A DNA stretch of 64,000 nt, taken from the NCBI GenBank assembly GCA_963765675.1, contig CAVXXK010000001.1, positions 672,001 to 736,000 on the forward strand, written 5' to 3'. The notes beneath the pieces are model-generated. The model was not told where the DNA came from. It was given only the letters and a program-made list of their open reading frames with translations, and did no database searches. This document shows, one piece after another, positions 1-9,453 of this stretch. This stretch comes from an uncultured delta proteobacterium (GTDB lineage Bacteria; Desulfobacterota; Binatia; Binatales; Binataceae). The position numbers were made by a program, and so were the translations under genes. Positions within the stretch are counted from its first letter, which is position 1. Each line of letters opens with the position of its first letter.

Positions 1-241
1 AACCCGGATCGGGCGTTCCGGCCTCCGCTCCTGCAAGTAGGTCAGACAAGGTTGTGAACGCTCCGAGCGTGACGTTCTTGCAGAAGTCGGGGCCCGCGAA
101 CGCGTTGAAAGTAGTCGGATCGCATTCGTCCAATGCCACGACCTGAGCGAGGCCCGTTGGCGGGCCCCCCGCAATCGTCTCGGTTGCCCCAGCCATGGTC
201 ATGCAACCGGCCAGCAGAATCAGCGTCGCTAACTTTTTCAT
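1..241 (-). CDS. Secreted protein, probably cupredoxin/plastocyanin-like (3' part outside window)
   Basis: Not in the ORF track. ATG at 241 follows an AGAGGAGG RBS. It translates as MKKLATLILLAGCMTMAGATETIAGGPPTGLAQVVALDECDPTTFNAFAGPDFCKNVTLGAFTTLSDLLAGAEAGTPDPG, with a signal peptide, and is open to the window edge. The cupredoxin call rests on recalled resemblance of the ALDECDP..FN..GPDFCKNV motif. Confidence 0.65.
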   Translation of the reverse strand, partial: MKKLATLILLAGCMTMAGATETIAGGPPTGLAQVVALDECDPTTFNAFAGPDFCKNVTLGAFTTLSDLLAGAEAGTPDPG

Positions 242-312
242 TGCTGTTCCTCCTCTCGATGTTTCCTGGGCTCATCATCAGGCAGCCTTAGATGTCCGCC
301 AATGGACCACGG

Positions 313-351
313 CTGAACTTCTCCTGAACTCTGTCTGAACTGTTGTGAAGA
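313..351. promoter_or_regulatory. Three perfect CTGAACT heptamer direct repeats with 11-bp periodicity (plus one degenerate copy); putative winged-helix regulator site
   Basis: CTGAACT at 313, 324 and 335 with 4-nt spacers, and GTGAAGA at 345. The repeats lie between the divergent secreted-protein gene and the OmpR-type wHTH regulator. Confidence 0.6.
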
Positions 352-403
352 GACGGCGCTATGCGCTCGGTTGCGACGGAAGTAGAATCCGCGATCGGAA
401 CAA

Positions 404-3349
404 ATGTCCGAAGGTCTGATAAATTTTGGCGATTTTGTGCTGAACCGCGGCGCTTATGAACTGCGCCGAGGCGATGAGGTCGTTCCTCTCCAGCGTATTC
501 CGCTCGAATTGCTATGTCTGTTGGTAGAGCGCCGGGGACAGGTGGTTACGCGTGAGGAGATTCTCGAGCGCGTCTGGGGCAAGGGCGTGTTCGTCGATGG
601 CGAAAACAGCATAAACACTGCGGTGAGAAAACTTCGACAGGCCTTGTGTGACAATCCCGAAGCGCCGCGCTTCGTGGCTACCGTACCGGCCAGAGGTTAT
701 AGGTTCGTCGCAGAGATTCGTTCACCGAAGGTGCCTGGGGCGGTGAGATCTCGATACCGGCCGCCAGGTGTGATGGTGGGACGCGAGCGCGAGCTGGCCA
801 CGATACTGAGCGAACTCGACGACGCGGCCTCCGGGCGCGGGCGCTTGGTCCTGATTTCCGGCGAACCTGGCGTCGGCAAGACGCGGCTCACAGATGAGGT
901 TGCGCAGGCGGCTGGCGCAAGGCGAATGGCGATTATGGTCGGGCATTGCTCCGAGCACGACGAGGCCGTCGCCTATCTGCCGTTCGTGGAAATCCTCGAG
1001 AACTTCGTCAATCGGACGCCGGATCTGGAGCTTCTGCGCGCGACGCTCGGCGACGAGGGGCGGGAACTGGCGCGCTTGTTGCCCAAGCTCAAGAGCATCC
1101 TGCCCGACCTCCCTCCGCCGCTCGATTTGCCGCCCGCCCAGGCGCGGCGTCATCTGTTCAATTGCTTTTTCGATTTCGCCGCGCGGATCGCGGCGCGGCA
1201 GCCGACGCTGATGATCCTCGAGGACCTTCATTGGGCCGACGATTCGACCTTATCGCTGCTCGATCACCTGACAGAGCGGCTTTCCGATCTGCCCCTGATG
1301 GTCATCGGCACCTACCGCACCGCGGAGCTCAATATCACTCGGGCGTTGGCAAAAACGCTGGAAGATCTTGCCCGCAGCCGACTCGCAACTCTGGTCAGCC
1401 TCAAAGGCCTGCCACGCGCCGAAGTGGCCGCGATGCTTGCGAGCCTGAGCGGGAAATCGCCGCCGGCCGCCGTAGTGAGCGCGATTCATTCCGAGACTGG
1501 CGGCAATCCATTCTTCGTCGAGGAACTGTTCCGCCATCTCGAAGAAGAAGATCGCTTGTACGACTCGTCGGGACAGTTTCTCGCCGAGCTCGAGATTGGC
1601 GAGCTGGAGGCGCCTCCGAGCGTTCGGTTAGTGGTCGCGCGCCGGCTGGCGCGCCTTAGCGGCCCGACCCAGAAGATGCTCGCGGCCGCCGCGACGATCG
1701 GGCTTTTTTTCAGCTTCGAGCTGCTTCAGGCCTTGAGCGCGGCCGGTTGCGACTCGCTTCTGGATTGTATCGACGAAGCGGAACGTGCCGGGCTGGTCCT
1801 CTCGGTCGCGGACCGTCCCAAAGCCCGGTTCAAGTTCTCTCACGAACTTATTCGGCAAGCTGTGATCGGCGGTTTGTCGGCGGCGCGGCGCCAGAAGCTT
1901 CATCTCGAGCTGGCCGGCGCGATCGAGCAGACCTATTCGAATGAACCGATGGGCGCGGATAGGATCGACGACCACCTGGCTGAACTTGCTTACCATTACG
2001 CGCGCGGCGGCGATCCAGCCAAGGCGGCGAAGTACGCGTTGAAAGCGGTCAGGAGATTCGCTCACATAGGCTCCAATGCTGAAGCGCTGGCGCAATACGA
2101 AGCCGGGCTTGATCTGCTGCGACATCTCCCCGACGACGACCGTCGCGCAGAGGCCGAGTTGGATTTGAGGAACGCAGCCTTCACGCCGCTGGGCGACAGC
2201 AAGGGATACGCCTCGCCCGAAGCCGAGCGGTCGTACCTCCGGGCAGTCGAGCTTTGTCAGCGGCCAGGGATCAAATGGGAAAAGGCCTGGTGGGCGCTCT
2301 GGCCGATTTTTTTCGTTCAACAACTCCGCCCCGACGTGCGCAAAGCGGAAGCGATCGCCGCCGAGCTGGTCGCACGAGCCGAGGAACACGGAGACCCCGG
2401 ATATCTGGCGGAAGCCGAGAACTGGGTGGCGTATGCCAGGATGGTTTCAGGCGACTTCGAGCACGCAGCCCTTGGCTTCGATCGGGCGTGGGCGCGGATG
2501 GAGTCGATGGTCGGCCCGAGGCCTCTGACGCATCAACGTGCGCTGCAAACGCGCGGCCTCCTGATGACCTGGGACTCCGGCGCTCAACAAAACAACCGCA
2601 TTCTCTCAGGATGGAACGCGTGGTTCATGGGCTATCCCGATCGCGCGCTGGAACGAATAAAGACCGCGACCGCCATCGCGCAATTCGGGACAAAGACGAT
2701 CCTGACTGACATACACGGGTTCGCCTCGTACATTCATGAGCTTCGTCACGAGCCCGAACAAATGAGAGCAAACGCACAGGCAAGACTGGCGCTATCAACC
2801 GAATCGGGCTACTTCACCGGCCGCGCGCTCAGCGAAATTTACCTCGGGTGGGCCGATGCGATCGCGGGCGACCTCGACGGCGGCATCGCGCGAATGAAGC
2901 GTCACATGCTGGAGTTGAAGGCCGTCGGCTCGGAATACATCAGCGACCGTTATTTCTCGTTTATTTCGATCGCGCTGGGCCGGGAGAAGCGGTTCGATGA
3001 GGGTCTTCGCGCGATCGCCGAGTCATTTCAGTTCATCGAGAGAACCGGCCAACGGTACTACGAGGCGGAACTGAATCGGCTCCATGGCGAACTGCTGCTG
3101 GCGCAGGATCCGTCGAATGCCACGGATGCGGAGAGATCGATCCGGACGGCGATTGAGATTTCGCGCGCGCAGCACGCGAAATCCTGGGAGCTGCGCGCGA
3201 CAACCAGCCTTGCGCGCCTTCTGGCGAAGCAGCGCAAGCGCGACAAGGCGCGCAAGATGCTTGCCGAGATTTGCGCCTGGTTCACCGAAGGCTTTGACAC
3301 CGCCGACCTACGGGACGCGAAAGCGCTCCTCGATGAATTGAGGCAATAG
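404..3349 (+). CDS. Transcriptional regulator: OmpR/CadC-type winged HTH + AAA/STAND ATPase + TPR-like C-terminus
   Basis: N-terminus has LLCLLVERRGQVVTREEILERVW...INTAVRKLRQAL...TVPARGYRF; Walker A GEPGVGKT; Walker B LEDLHWAD; TGGNPFF; C-terminal AKSWELRATTSLARL...FTEGFDTADL. Confidence 0.9.
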   Translation: MSEGLINFGDFVLNRGAYELRRGDEVVPLQRIPLELLCLLVERRGQVVTREEILERVWGKGVFVDGENSINTAVRKLRQALCDNPEAPRFVATVPARGYRFVAEIRSPKVPGAVRSRYRPPGVMVGRERELATILSELDDAASGRGRLVLISGEPGVGKTRLTDEVAQAAGARRMAIMVGHCSEHDEAVAYLPFVEILENFVNRTPDLELLRATLGDEGRELARLLPKLKSILPDLPPPLDLPPAQARRHLFNCFFDFAARIAARQPTLMILEDLHWADDSTLSLLDHLTERLSDLPLMVIGTYRTAELNITRALAKTLEDLARSRLATLVSLKGLPRAEVAAMLASLSGKSPPAAVVSAIHSETGGNPFFVEELFRHLEEEDRLYDSSGQFLAELEIGELEAPPSVRLVVARRLARLSGPTQKMLAAAATIGLFFSFELLQALSAAGCDSLLDCIDEAERAGLVLSVADRPKARFKFSHELIRQAVIGGLSAARRQKLHLELAGAIEQTYSNEPMGADRIDDHLAELAYHYARGGDPAKAAKYALKAVRRFAHIGSNAEALAQYEAGLDLLRHLPDDDRRAEAELDLRNAAFTPLGDSKGYASPEAERSYLRAVELCQRPGIKWEKAWWALWPIFFVQQLRPDVRKAEAIAAELVARAEEHGDPGYLAEAENWVAYARMVSGDFEHAALGFDRAWARMESMVGPRPLTHQRALQTRGLLMTWDSGAQQNNRILSGWNAWFMGYPDRALERIKTATAIAQFGTKTILTDIHGFASYIHELRHEPEQMRANAQARLALSTESGYFTGRALSEIYLGWADAIAGDLDGGIARMKRHMLELKAVGSEYISDRYFSFISIALGREKRFDEGLRAIAESFQFIERTGQRYYEAELNRLHGELLLAQDPSNATDAERSIRTAIEISRAQHAKSWELRATTSLARLLAKQRKRDKARKMLAEICAWFTEGFDTADLRDAKALLDELRQ

Positions 3350-3557
3350 CCACAGTTGAACTGGTATCTAACAGTGGAGACCTCAGTTGAAAAGTGTTGC
3401 GGGGATTGTAGCGAGTTTATTTTTGTGCTGATCGCGGCGGGTTGCACCGGTTCGGCGTCGGGACAGCCGGACGCGTCGATAAACGACCGCTGCGTCCGTC
3501 ATTCTTCCAGGAAAATGCGCGGGGCGATGAATATCGTAGTCTCAGCCGGCAGTTGCG

Positions 3558-4295
3558 CTACCCCCATTGCTTGGGCACTGCTTGCGCGCGCTGATGAGTC
3601 AGCAGCTTGGAGCGGCGCTCCCGCTCCTCGGGCGTAATCGTCGCAGGATCTTCGCGATACTCGGGGCCTGCAGCCATCGCCTTTTTTACCGCCGGCCGCT
3701 CACCAATCTCGTCAAGCCAGCGCTTGACGTTGGGAAATTCGCCCAAATCGAGATTTCGGCCCTTCCAGGTTGCCGCCCACGGATAGCAAATAATGTCGGC
3801 GATCGTGTACTGGCCGGCCGCCAGGTAGCGTTTCTGATGCAGTCCCAGATTCATCACTCCGTAGATTCGATGGACCTCGTTGTCGAAGCGCAGGAGAGCG
3901 TAAGCCTGATCGCCGATTTTTGGATCCTGACTGGCGCGTCGAAAGTGCCCCTGCTCTCCCATTTTCGGCCCCTGGTTGGCCATCTGCCAATAGACCCATT
4001 GTATGACTTCGTATTTCTGATGCGGTTCCTGCGGCCAGAACTTTCCGCTTTTCTCGGCCAGGTATTCCATGATCGCGCCGGATTCGAAAATGGTGACCGG
4101 CGCGCCGCCGCTCTTCGGCTCGTGGTCGACAATTGCGGGCATCCGGCCGTTGGGCGAGATCTTCAGGAAGTCGGGCGTTAACTGGTCGCCGCGGCCGATA
4201 TTGATCGGCTTGATGTTGTAGGCGATGCCGGCTTCCTCTAGCAGGATTGTAATTTTCTTTCCGTTTGGTGTTGGCCAGAAGTATAGATCGATCAC
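3558..4295 (-). CDS. Glutathione S-transferase (YfcG/YghU Nu-class-like)
   Basis: IDLYFWPTPNGKK, SPNGRMPAIVD, IFESGAI and YTIADI motifs. The GTG start at 4295 follows an AAGGAG RBS. Confidence 0.92.
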   Translation of the reverse strand: MIDLYFWPTPNGKKITILLEEAGIAYNIKPINIGRGDQLTPDFLKISPNGRMPAIVDHEPKSGGAPVTIFESGAIMEYLAEKSGKFWPQEPHQKYEVIQWVYWQMANQGPKMGEQGHFRRASQDPKIGDQAYALLRFDNEVHRIYGVMNLGLHQKRYLAAGQYTIADIICYPWAATWKGRNLDLGEFPNVKRWLDEIGERPAVKKAMAAGPEYREDPATITPEERERRSKLLTHQRAQAVPKQWG

Positions 4296-4468
4296 GTTGT
4301 TGCTCCTTTGATGAAAGCTTTCGGCCGGATCGTGCGGCGCTCGGCTGCCCGCTCGAATCAAGCAGACGTCAGCATAGCTCCCGCCTCTGGCGAACGTATC
4401 GAATTTTTTTCGAATCTAAATAGGTCCTTGGAGATGCAGTCGAAATAGCGGCGAGTCAATAAGGAGGC

Positions 4469-4495
4469 CCGTGCCCGGGTTTGACCCGGGCACGG
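4469..4495. terminator. 12-bp perfect hairpin, probable terminator of the 4571-4828 gene
   Basis: CCGTGCCCGGGT-TTG-ACCCGGGCACGG; followed on the minus strand by GCCTCCTTATT, a weak U tract. Confidence 0.5.
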
Positions 4496-4570
4496 ACTAT
4501 CTGGTGAGTCTGAGAAGTCAAGATGCGCGCTGCCACAGCGAAGTCGCGATGCTGACGTGATCGTGCGCGC

Positions 4571-4828
4571 TCAGTAGCCCTTCTCAGGGATCAATGTACT
4601 CTTGTTGCCGGTGCTCTCCGGCCCGTGGCAGGCGGCGACCTTGTCCTCGGTGGTGCTCAGGTTAGCGGCAATCTGAGCGTCGGTCTGTCCGGCCTGTACC
4701 TGCTGTTTCACCACGTCGCAATCAACCGGAACATTCGATGCCGAAAACATCGAACACCCGGACAGACCTGCGGCCAAGACCAGCAGCCCCGATGCGGTTG
4801 AGACCAATAGAGCTCTGCGTATCTGCAT
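4571..4828 (-). CDS. Small lipoprotein, hypothetical
   Basis: GGAGGAG RBS, signal peptide with lipobox LSGC, and two further Cys residues. Confidence 0.75.
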   Translation of the reverse strand: MQIRRALLVSTASGLLVLAAGLSGCSMFSASNVPVDCDVVKQQVQAGQTDAQIAANLSTTEDKVAACHGPESTGNKSTLIPEKGY

Positions 4829-5117
4829 GATTCTCCTCCCGGCTCAGTCAGAAACAGTTTGCGTCTATCCCGGCACTCACAAAGCCAACGGCGCACTCCT
4901 ATCATTTGTCGCGAAACTTAGAAAGTAAGCCTGCCAACCCTTCGGCTTTCGTTGGCGAGTCTTCTCCGGCACCGACTTGCAGGAATGGCCACTGCTGGAC
5001 TAACGTGTGTTAGGGACAGGGCCATAAATCGCCTGGTTCGAGCAGCCACGTAATTCGTCATTCAGTTGAACAAAGACCGATGGGGCATGCGCCGTTGAAG
5101 GGAAGGAGAAGGACGCT

Positions 5118-6521
5118 ATGAGATTTGGCCTCTTCTATGAACATCAGCTTCCACGCCCGTGGGAGGAAAAGAGCGAGCTGCAACTTATCCAGGATGCACT
5201 CGATCAGATCGAACTGGCGGACAAGCTCGGCTTCACCAATGTGTGGGAAGTGGAGCATCACTTTCTGGAAGAGTACTCGCACTCGAGCGCGCCCGAGGTC
5301 TTTTTGGCCGCGGCAAGCCAGCGGACCAAAAATATGCGGCTCGGCCACGGAATCGTGCTGACCGCGCCCGGCTACAATCATCCCGCGCGCATCGCCGAGC
5401 GAATCGCGATGCTCGATCTGGTCTCGAAAGGGCGCGTCGAGTTCGGCTCGGGCGAGTCGGGATCGCTCGCCGAGCTCGGCGGCTTCAATCTCACGCCCGC
5501 TCTGAAACGCGAGATGTGGCGCGAGGGACTCGAGACCGCGCTGCGTTGCATGACCGAGGTCCCGTTCGGCGGGGTCGACGGCAAGTACGTCAAGATGCCG
5601 CCGCGCAACGTCGTGCCGAAGCCGGTGCAGAAACCGCATCCGCCGGTGTGGGTCGCATGCTCGCGCCGCGAGACGATCCTGCTGGCCGCGGAATGTGGCA
5701 TCGGCGCGCTGACGTTCTCATTCATCGATCCGGAAGAGGCAGTGCATTGGGTTGGCGACTACCGCAAGACGCTGGCGGAGAAGTGCGTTCCGATTGGCAG
5801 CGCGGTCAATCCTGAGATCTCGTGCGTCACCCCGATGATGTGCCATCAGAACGAGCGCGAGGCGATCCTGCGCGGGCTCGAGGGCGGCAACTTTTTTGGC
5901 TACTCACTCGGCCACTACTATGTCTTCGGCGATCACAAGCCTGGAGTATCAAACGTATGGGAGGAGTTCACGAATAAGCGGGCCGAGCGCGGATACTCGC
6001 CCGACGTCGCAATCGCGATGCGCCAGCGCCGTTTGAGCGCGCGTCTCGACAACGATCAGGGCGCGCAGCAGGGCTTGCGCGGCGCAGTCGGCACGCCGGA
6101 TCAATTGCGCGAGTACTTCAGGCGCTTCGAGAACGCGGGCGTCGATCAGATGATTTTCGTGATGCAGGCGGGGAAGAACCGCCACGAGCACATCATGGAA
6201 TCGATCGAGCTGTTCGGTACGCAAGTGCTGCCCGAGTTCGCGGAGCGCGACGGCGCTATCCGCGCCAAAAAGATGAAGGAGCTCGAGCCGGTGATCGAGA
6301 TGGCGATGAAGCGCAAGCGCGACGACGCGCCGAAGATGCCCGCGGATTACCTCATCGAGGCGCTCCCGAAGCGGCTCATCCAGCAGGTCGGTGGAAAAGA
6401 GATGCTCGACAAGCTTGAAGGCGACTCGGCAATCGGCATTCCACGGCCGCAGAATCTGCAAGAGCGGCTGCAGCAGGGAATCGTGCCACCGCAGGGGTCG
6501 AACGGAGGCGGAGCGAAGTAG
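5118..6521 (+). CDS. LLM-class (luciferase-like) flavin-dependent oxidoreductase
   Basis: MRFGLFYEHQ, WEVEHHFLEEYSHSSAPE, HPARIAERIAMLDLVSKGRVEFGSG, PKPVQKPHPP; strong RBS. Confidence 0.93.
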   Translation: MRFGLFYEHQLPRPWEEKSELQLIQDALDQIELADKLGFTNVWEVEHHFLEEYSHSSAPEVFLAAASQRTKNMRLGHGIVLTAPGYNHPARIAERIAMLDLVSKGRVEFGSGESGSLAELGGFNLTPALKREMWREGLETALRCMTEVPFGGVDGKYVKMPPRNVVPKPVQKPHPPVWVACSRRETILLAAECGIGALTFSFIDPEEAVHWVGDYRKTLAEKCVPIGSAVNPEISCVTPMMCHQNEREAILRGLEGGNFFGYSLGHYYVFGDHKPGVSNVWEEFTNKRAERGYSPDVAIAMRQRRLSARLDNDQGAQQGLRGAVGTPDQLREYFRRFENAGVDQMIFVMQAGKNRHEHIMESIELFGTQVLPEFAERDGAIRAKKMKELEPVIEMAMKRKRDDAPKMPADYLIEALPKRLIQQVGGKEMLDKLEGDSAIGIPRPQNLQERLQQGIVPPQGSNGGGAK

Positions 6522-6884
6522 AAGGTCGAAAGGAGATCCGCTTCCATCCATTCCGCGCCCGTGGGTGCTGGCGAGAATACTCTTCGAAGTGGTGAAAACT
6601 CTGAAAGAATTACAGCCTCAAAGACTTCGAGCATTTCAGAAGCCCCTCGACAAAGCATTCAAATACTTCATGGCGCAAATCCGTCGAAAAAACTTCGATC
6701 GGCTGGACATTTCGTACCACTTCTAATTCGGCAGCGTAGGAAATCGACCGGTATTAGAAACTATTCCCGGTTTCACAGGTTTCTGTGGCTATCAACAATT
6801 GGCCAGCAGAAAAACTCTTCGCTGCAGAGCATTTCACACCCGCACGACGCGCACGGATTTTACCGGAAAACGAGATCCTAGTTT

Positions 6885-6900
6885 TGGCACACCCTCTGCT
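6885..6900 (+). promoter_or_regulatory. Sigma54 (-24/-12) promoter
   Basis: TGGCAC-ACCCT-CTGCT has exact GG-N10-GC spacing and lies 25 nt upstream of the ATG at 6926. Confidence 0.6.
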
Positions 6901-6925
6901 TCTAAATGCCCAAGGAGTTTTTGAA

Positions 6926-7321
6926 ATGAAGACTTTACGAAGAGTCCTTGGTTATTCGTCATTGGCATTTTCACTGGCGGCCGGCGGCCTTCTCTATGGA
7001 TGCTCTACGTCGAAAGAAGTCGACGTCGTTCCTGCGCCGGCGCCGGCTCCAGTCGTGCAGATGGCTCCGCCCGTTGTCGAAGCTGCACCGCCAGTAGTAG
7101 TTGCAGCTCCAGCTCCGATGGTACAGGTCCCGCCGCCACCTACTGTTGTAGTCCCGTCATCCGATACGAGCCAGACAACCACAACGAGCTGGGGTAATGG
7201 TGTCGTGGAGCAGAACAAGACAAAAACCGTCGATGGTACGACGCAGCGGCAAACTACGACCACCTGGAACAGCGGATATCCTGGGTCTCAGACAACCACG
7301 ACTACTACCACCGGACAATAG
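6926..7321 (+). CDS. Pro/Val/Thr-rich small lipoprotein
   Basis: AAGGAG RBS then MKTLRRVLGYSSLAFSLAAGGLLYGC (lipobox), followed by PAPAPAPVV repeats and a Thr-rich tail. Confidence 0.75.
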   Translation: MKTLRRVLGYSSLAFSLAAGGLLYGCSTSKEVDVVPAPAPAPVVQMAPPVVEAAPPVVVAAPAPMVQVPPPPTVVVPSSDTSQTTTTSWGNGVVEQNKTKTVDGTTQRQTTTTWNSGYPGSQTTTTTTTGQ

Positions 7322-7353
7322 AGTAGTTGAGCGATCAGTTGAGTAGTTAGTCC

Positions 7354-7407
7354 ATTGAGCGGAGAAGTGTATACGGACCCGGCGTATACACTTTCTCTGT
7401 GCTCAAT
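7354..7407. terminator. Long imperfect hairpin between convergent genes, probable bidirectional terminator
   Basis: ATTGAGC-GGAG-AAGTGTATACG-gacccgg-CGTATACACTT-TCTCTGT-GCTCAAT. Confidence 0.55.
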
Positions 7408-7488
7408 CTGTTAACTGACTTTAGTCTCCACGATCGCGACAGAGTGATCAGGCCGGGAAATCTCCCACACTGTTGAGCGCGGTAGAAT

Positions 7489-8210
7489 CTATCGGAGGGC
7501 GCCGTCCGGGTGCGCTTCGCGGACGTTGGCGGGCTTGGTCCCCGATAATACCGCAAAGATCAGATTGCGATACGAGCAGGATACTTCGACAAATCCTGCT
7601 TCGCGCAACCACGCAAGCTGCTGACCCACGGTCGCGGGCATGTCGAGCTTCATTCGCACCAGCGCCGCGTTCAGTCGCGTTCGCCGACTTTGAGTTCGCG
7701 CGCGCGTTTGATCCACATCTGGCGCGCCCGCTCGTCTATTGCGGCGCCTTCGCCGGCCACCTGATCGGCGTTGATAAAAACTCCGCCAGGCATCAGATAC
7801 TTGAAAATATCGGCGAACAGATGCCGCTTGCCAGTATCCGGCAAATGATGAATCGCGAGCGCTGAGACCACGGCGTCATATGGTTTGGAGGGCGCCGCCT
7901 TCGCGAAATCGGCCGTCACAAACTTCACGCGTTTGCCGATCGGCTTCAGCCGCTGGCGCGCGATCGTCAACATTTCAGGCGTTAGATCGAACAGCGTAAG
8001 CCGCGCATTCGGGAAGGCTGCGGCGATCATCGCTGACAGGAGGCCGGTGCCGGCGCCGAGATCCAGCAATTCGAAACGATCGTCGGCGCCAAAGGGCAGG
8101 AGTTCGCACGCCGTGCGGTAGAAATCATCGAAGCACGGAACCAGTTTGCTGCGCGCACGATCGTAGTCGTCCGCGTCAGCCGCAAACGCTTTGCGAACCG
8201 CCTTGGCCAT
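7489..8210 (-). pseudogene. Class I SAM-dependent methyltransferase (CmoA-like), split by a 1-nt deletion at ~7674 (pseudogene or assembly error)
   Basis: LLDLGAGTG and YDAVVSALAIHHL lie in ORF 7671-8210. The typical C-terminus LNAALVRMKLDMPATVGQQLAWLREAGF continues in another frame (7489-7716); GAC CTG reads as GACTG. Confidence 0.8.
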
Positions 8211-8419
8211 CCCGCGAGTTTAGCCGATTCCGTCCGCTTCAGGCGAGTCGGGCACCGTCCGCAGACGATACGACCAGGAGCCGTCCTCGCCACCGAGGTC
8301 CCCGCGTACGAAATCAGTAATTGCAAGAATTACAACCGCGAAAGATAATTTTTGCGCTTCCAACCCCGGTTTTATCCGCGCCAAAACCCATAAGGTTCGA
8401 GTTTTGCAGCGCTCCACGA

Positions 8420-8435
8420 TGGCATCGTGATTGCT
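8420..8435 (+). promoter_or_regulatory. Sigma54 (-24/-12) promoter of the deacetylase-FkbH-ACP operon
   Basis: TGGCAT-CGTGA-TTGCT, near consensus, with a pseudo-palindrome TGCAAGAATTACA at 8322-8334 upstream. Confidence 0.7.
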
Positions 8436-8538
8436 CGGATCAACTGCGGTGATGTGCACAAATTGGGTCTAACAAATTGATCGGTCCGGCACCGTCGATA
8501 GACCCCCTGAGGTTGCCAAACTCATCGCTCGCAGCAGC

Positions 8539-9447
8539 ATGGATCAATTCAATCAAAGCCTGCCGACCAGGTTAGCGAAGCTGCTGGTAGCAATCGTGTT
8601 TTATGCCGTTACGAGACTATCGCGCGCGGCGAAGATGATACTCGGAGGCCAGCCTCGGCCCGTATGCGTCGGAGTCTTTTATCACCAAATACTTCCCCAG
8701 CACCGCGGGCGTTTTGCCCGCCAGATGGACCATCTACTCAGATGGTCCAAACCGGTCCGTGCCGATCAGGATCGTTTGCCCGATGGTGCTTCGCGTTATG
8801 CGTTTGTGGCCGTCGACGACGGATGGTTGAGTTTCGTCGAAAATGGACTCCCCGAGATGAAGCAACGAGGCATTCCCGTCGCAATTTTTGTTGTTGCGGG
8901 CCGTTTGGGCGAGTCGCTTGGCGAACCCAACGATCGTCTGATTACCGAAGCCGAATTGCGCGATCTGAATTGTGAATTGGTGACAATCGGTTCTCACACC
9001 ACAACCCATGCGCGATTAACGTCGCTTGACGATACCGATGTGATGAGCGAGCTGAATGAATCGCGGGCGACACTCGAGGGCATTCTTCGGCGCGACGTAA
9101 GACTGTTCTGTTTTCCATTCGGCGCGTACCGCGATGCGCATTTGCAACAGTGCTATGCCGCGGGTTACACGCGCGTCTTCGCCAGCACTCCGCTACTCGG
9201 GTCAAGTTGCTCCTCTGGGTTTGTCGTCGGCCGAATCCGTGCCGATCCGACTGACTGGCTGATCGAATTCCGTTTGAAACTGTGCGGTGCGTACCAATGG
9301 ATGGCGATCGTGATGGCTTTGAAGGCGAGATTTCAGCCGCGTTTCGCGCCCGGCGCGCGCGTCGTCCGCAACTCCACTCAGATTCCGCCTTCATCGGTAG
9401 ACTCGATGGTCGCACCGGTCGCTGATTTCGGCAGACATCTCAAGTGA
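8539..9447 (+). CDS. Polysaccharide deacetylase (CE4/NodB family)
   Basis: FYHQI, VAVDDGW, IGSHTTTHARL and FCFPFG motifs. Confidence 0.88.
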   Translation: MDQFNQSLPTRLAKLLVAIVFYAVTRLSRAAKMILGGQPRPVCVGVFYHQILPQHRGRFARQMDHLLRWSKPVRADQDRLPDGASRYAFVAVDDGWLSFVENGLPEMKQRGIPVAIFVVAGRLGESLGEPNDRLITEAELRDLNCELVTIGSHTTTHARLTSLDDTDVMSELNESRATLEGILRRDVRLFCFPFGAYRDAHLQQCYAAGYTRVFASTPLLGSSCSSGFVVGRIRADPTDWLIEFRLKLCGAYQWMAIVMALKARFQPRFAPGARVVRNSTQIPPSSVDSMVAPVADFGRHLK

Positions 9448-9453
9448 AGAACC

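Noticed and set aside
42-278. 78-aa ORF from the track
   Set aside because: It is an alternative frame of the real gene starting at 241, which has the RBS and signal peptide.
7671-7673. TGA in the methyltransferase as a second Sec codon
   Set aside because: In-frame read-through hits another TGA six codons later, and the conserved sequence continues in a different frame.
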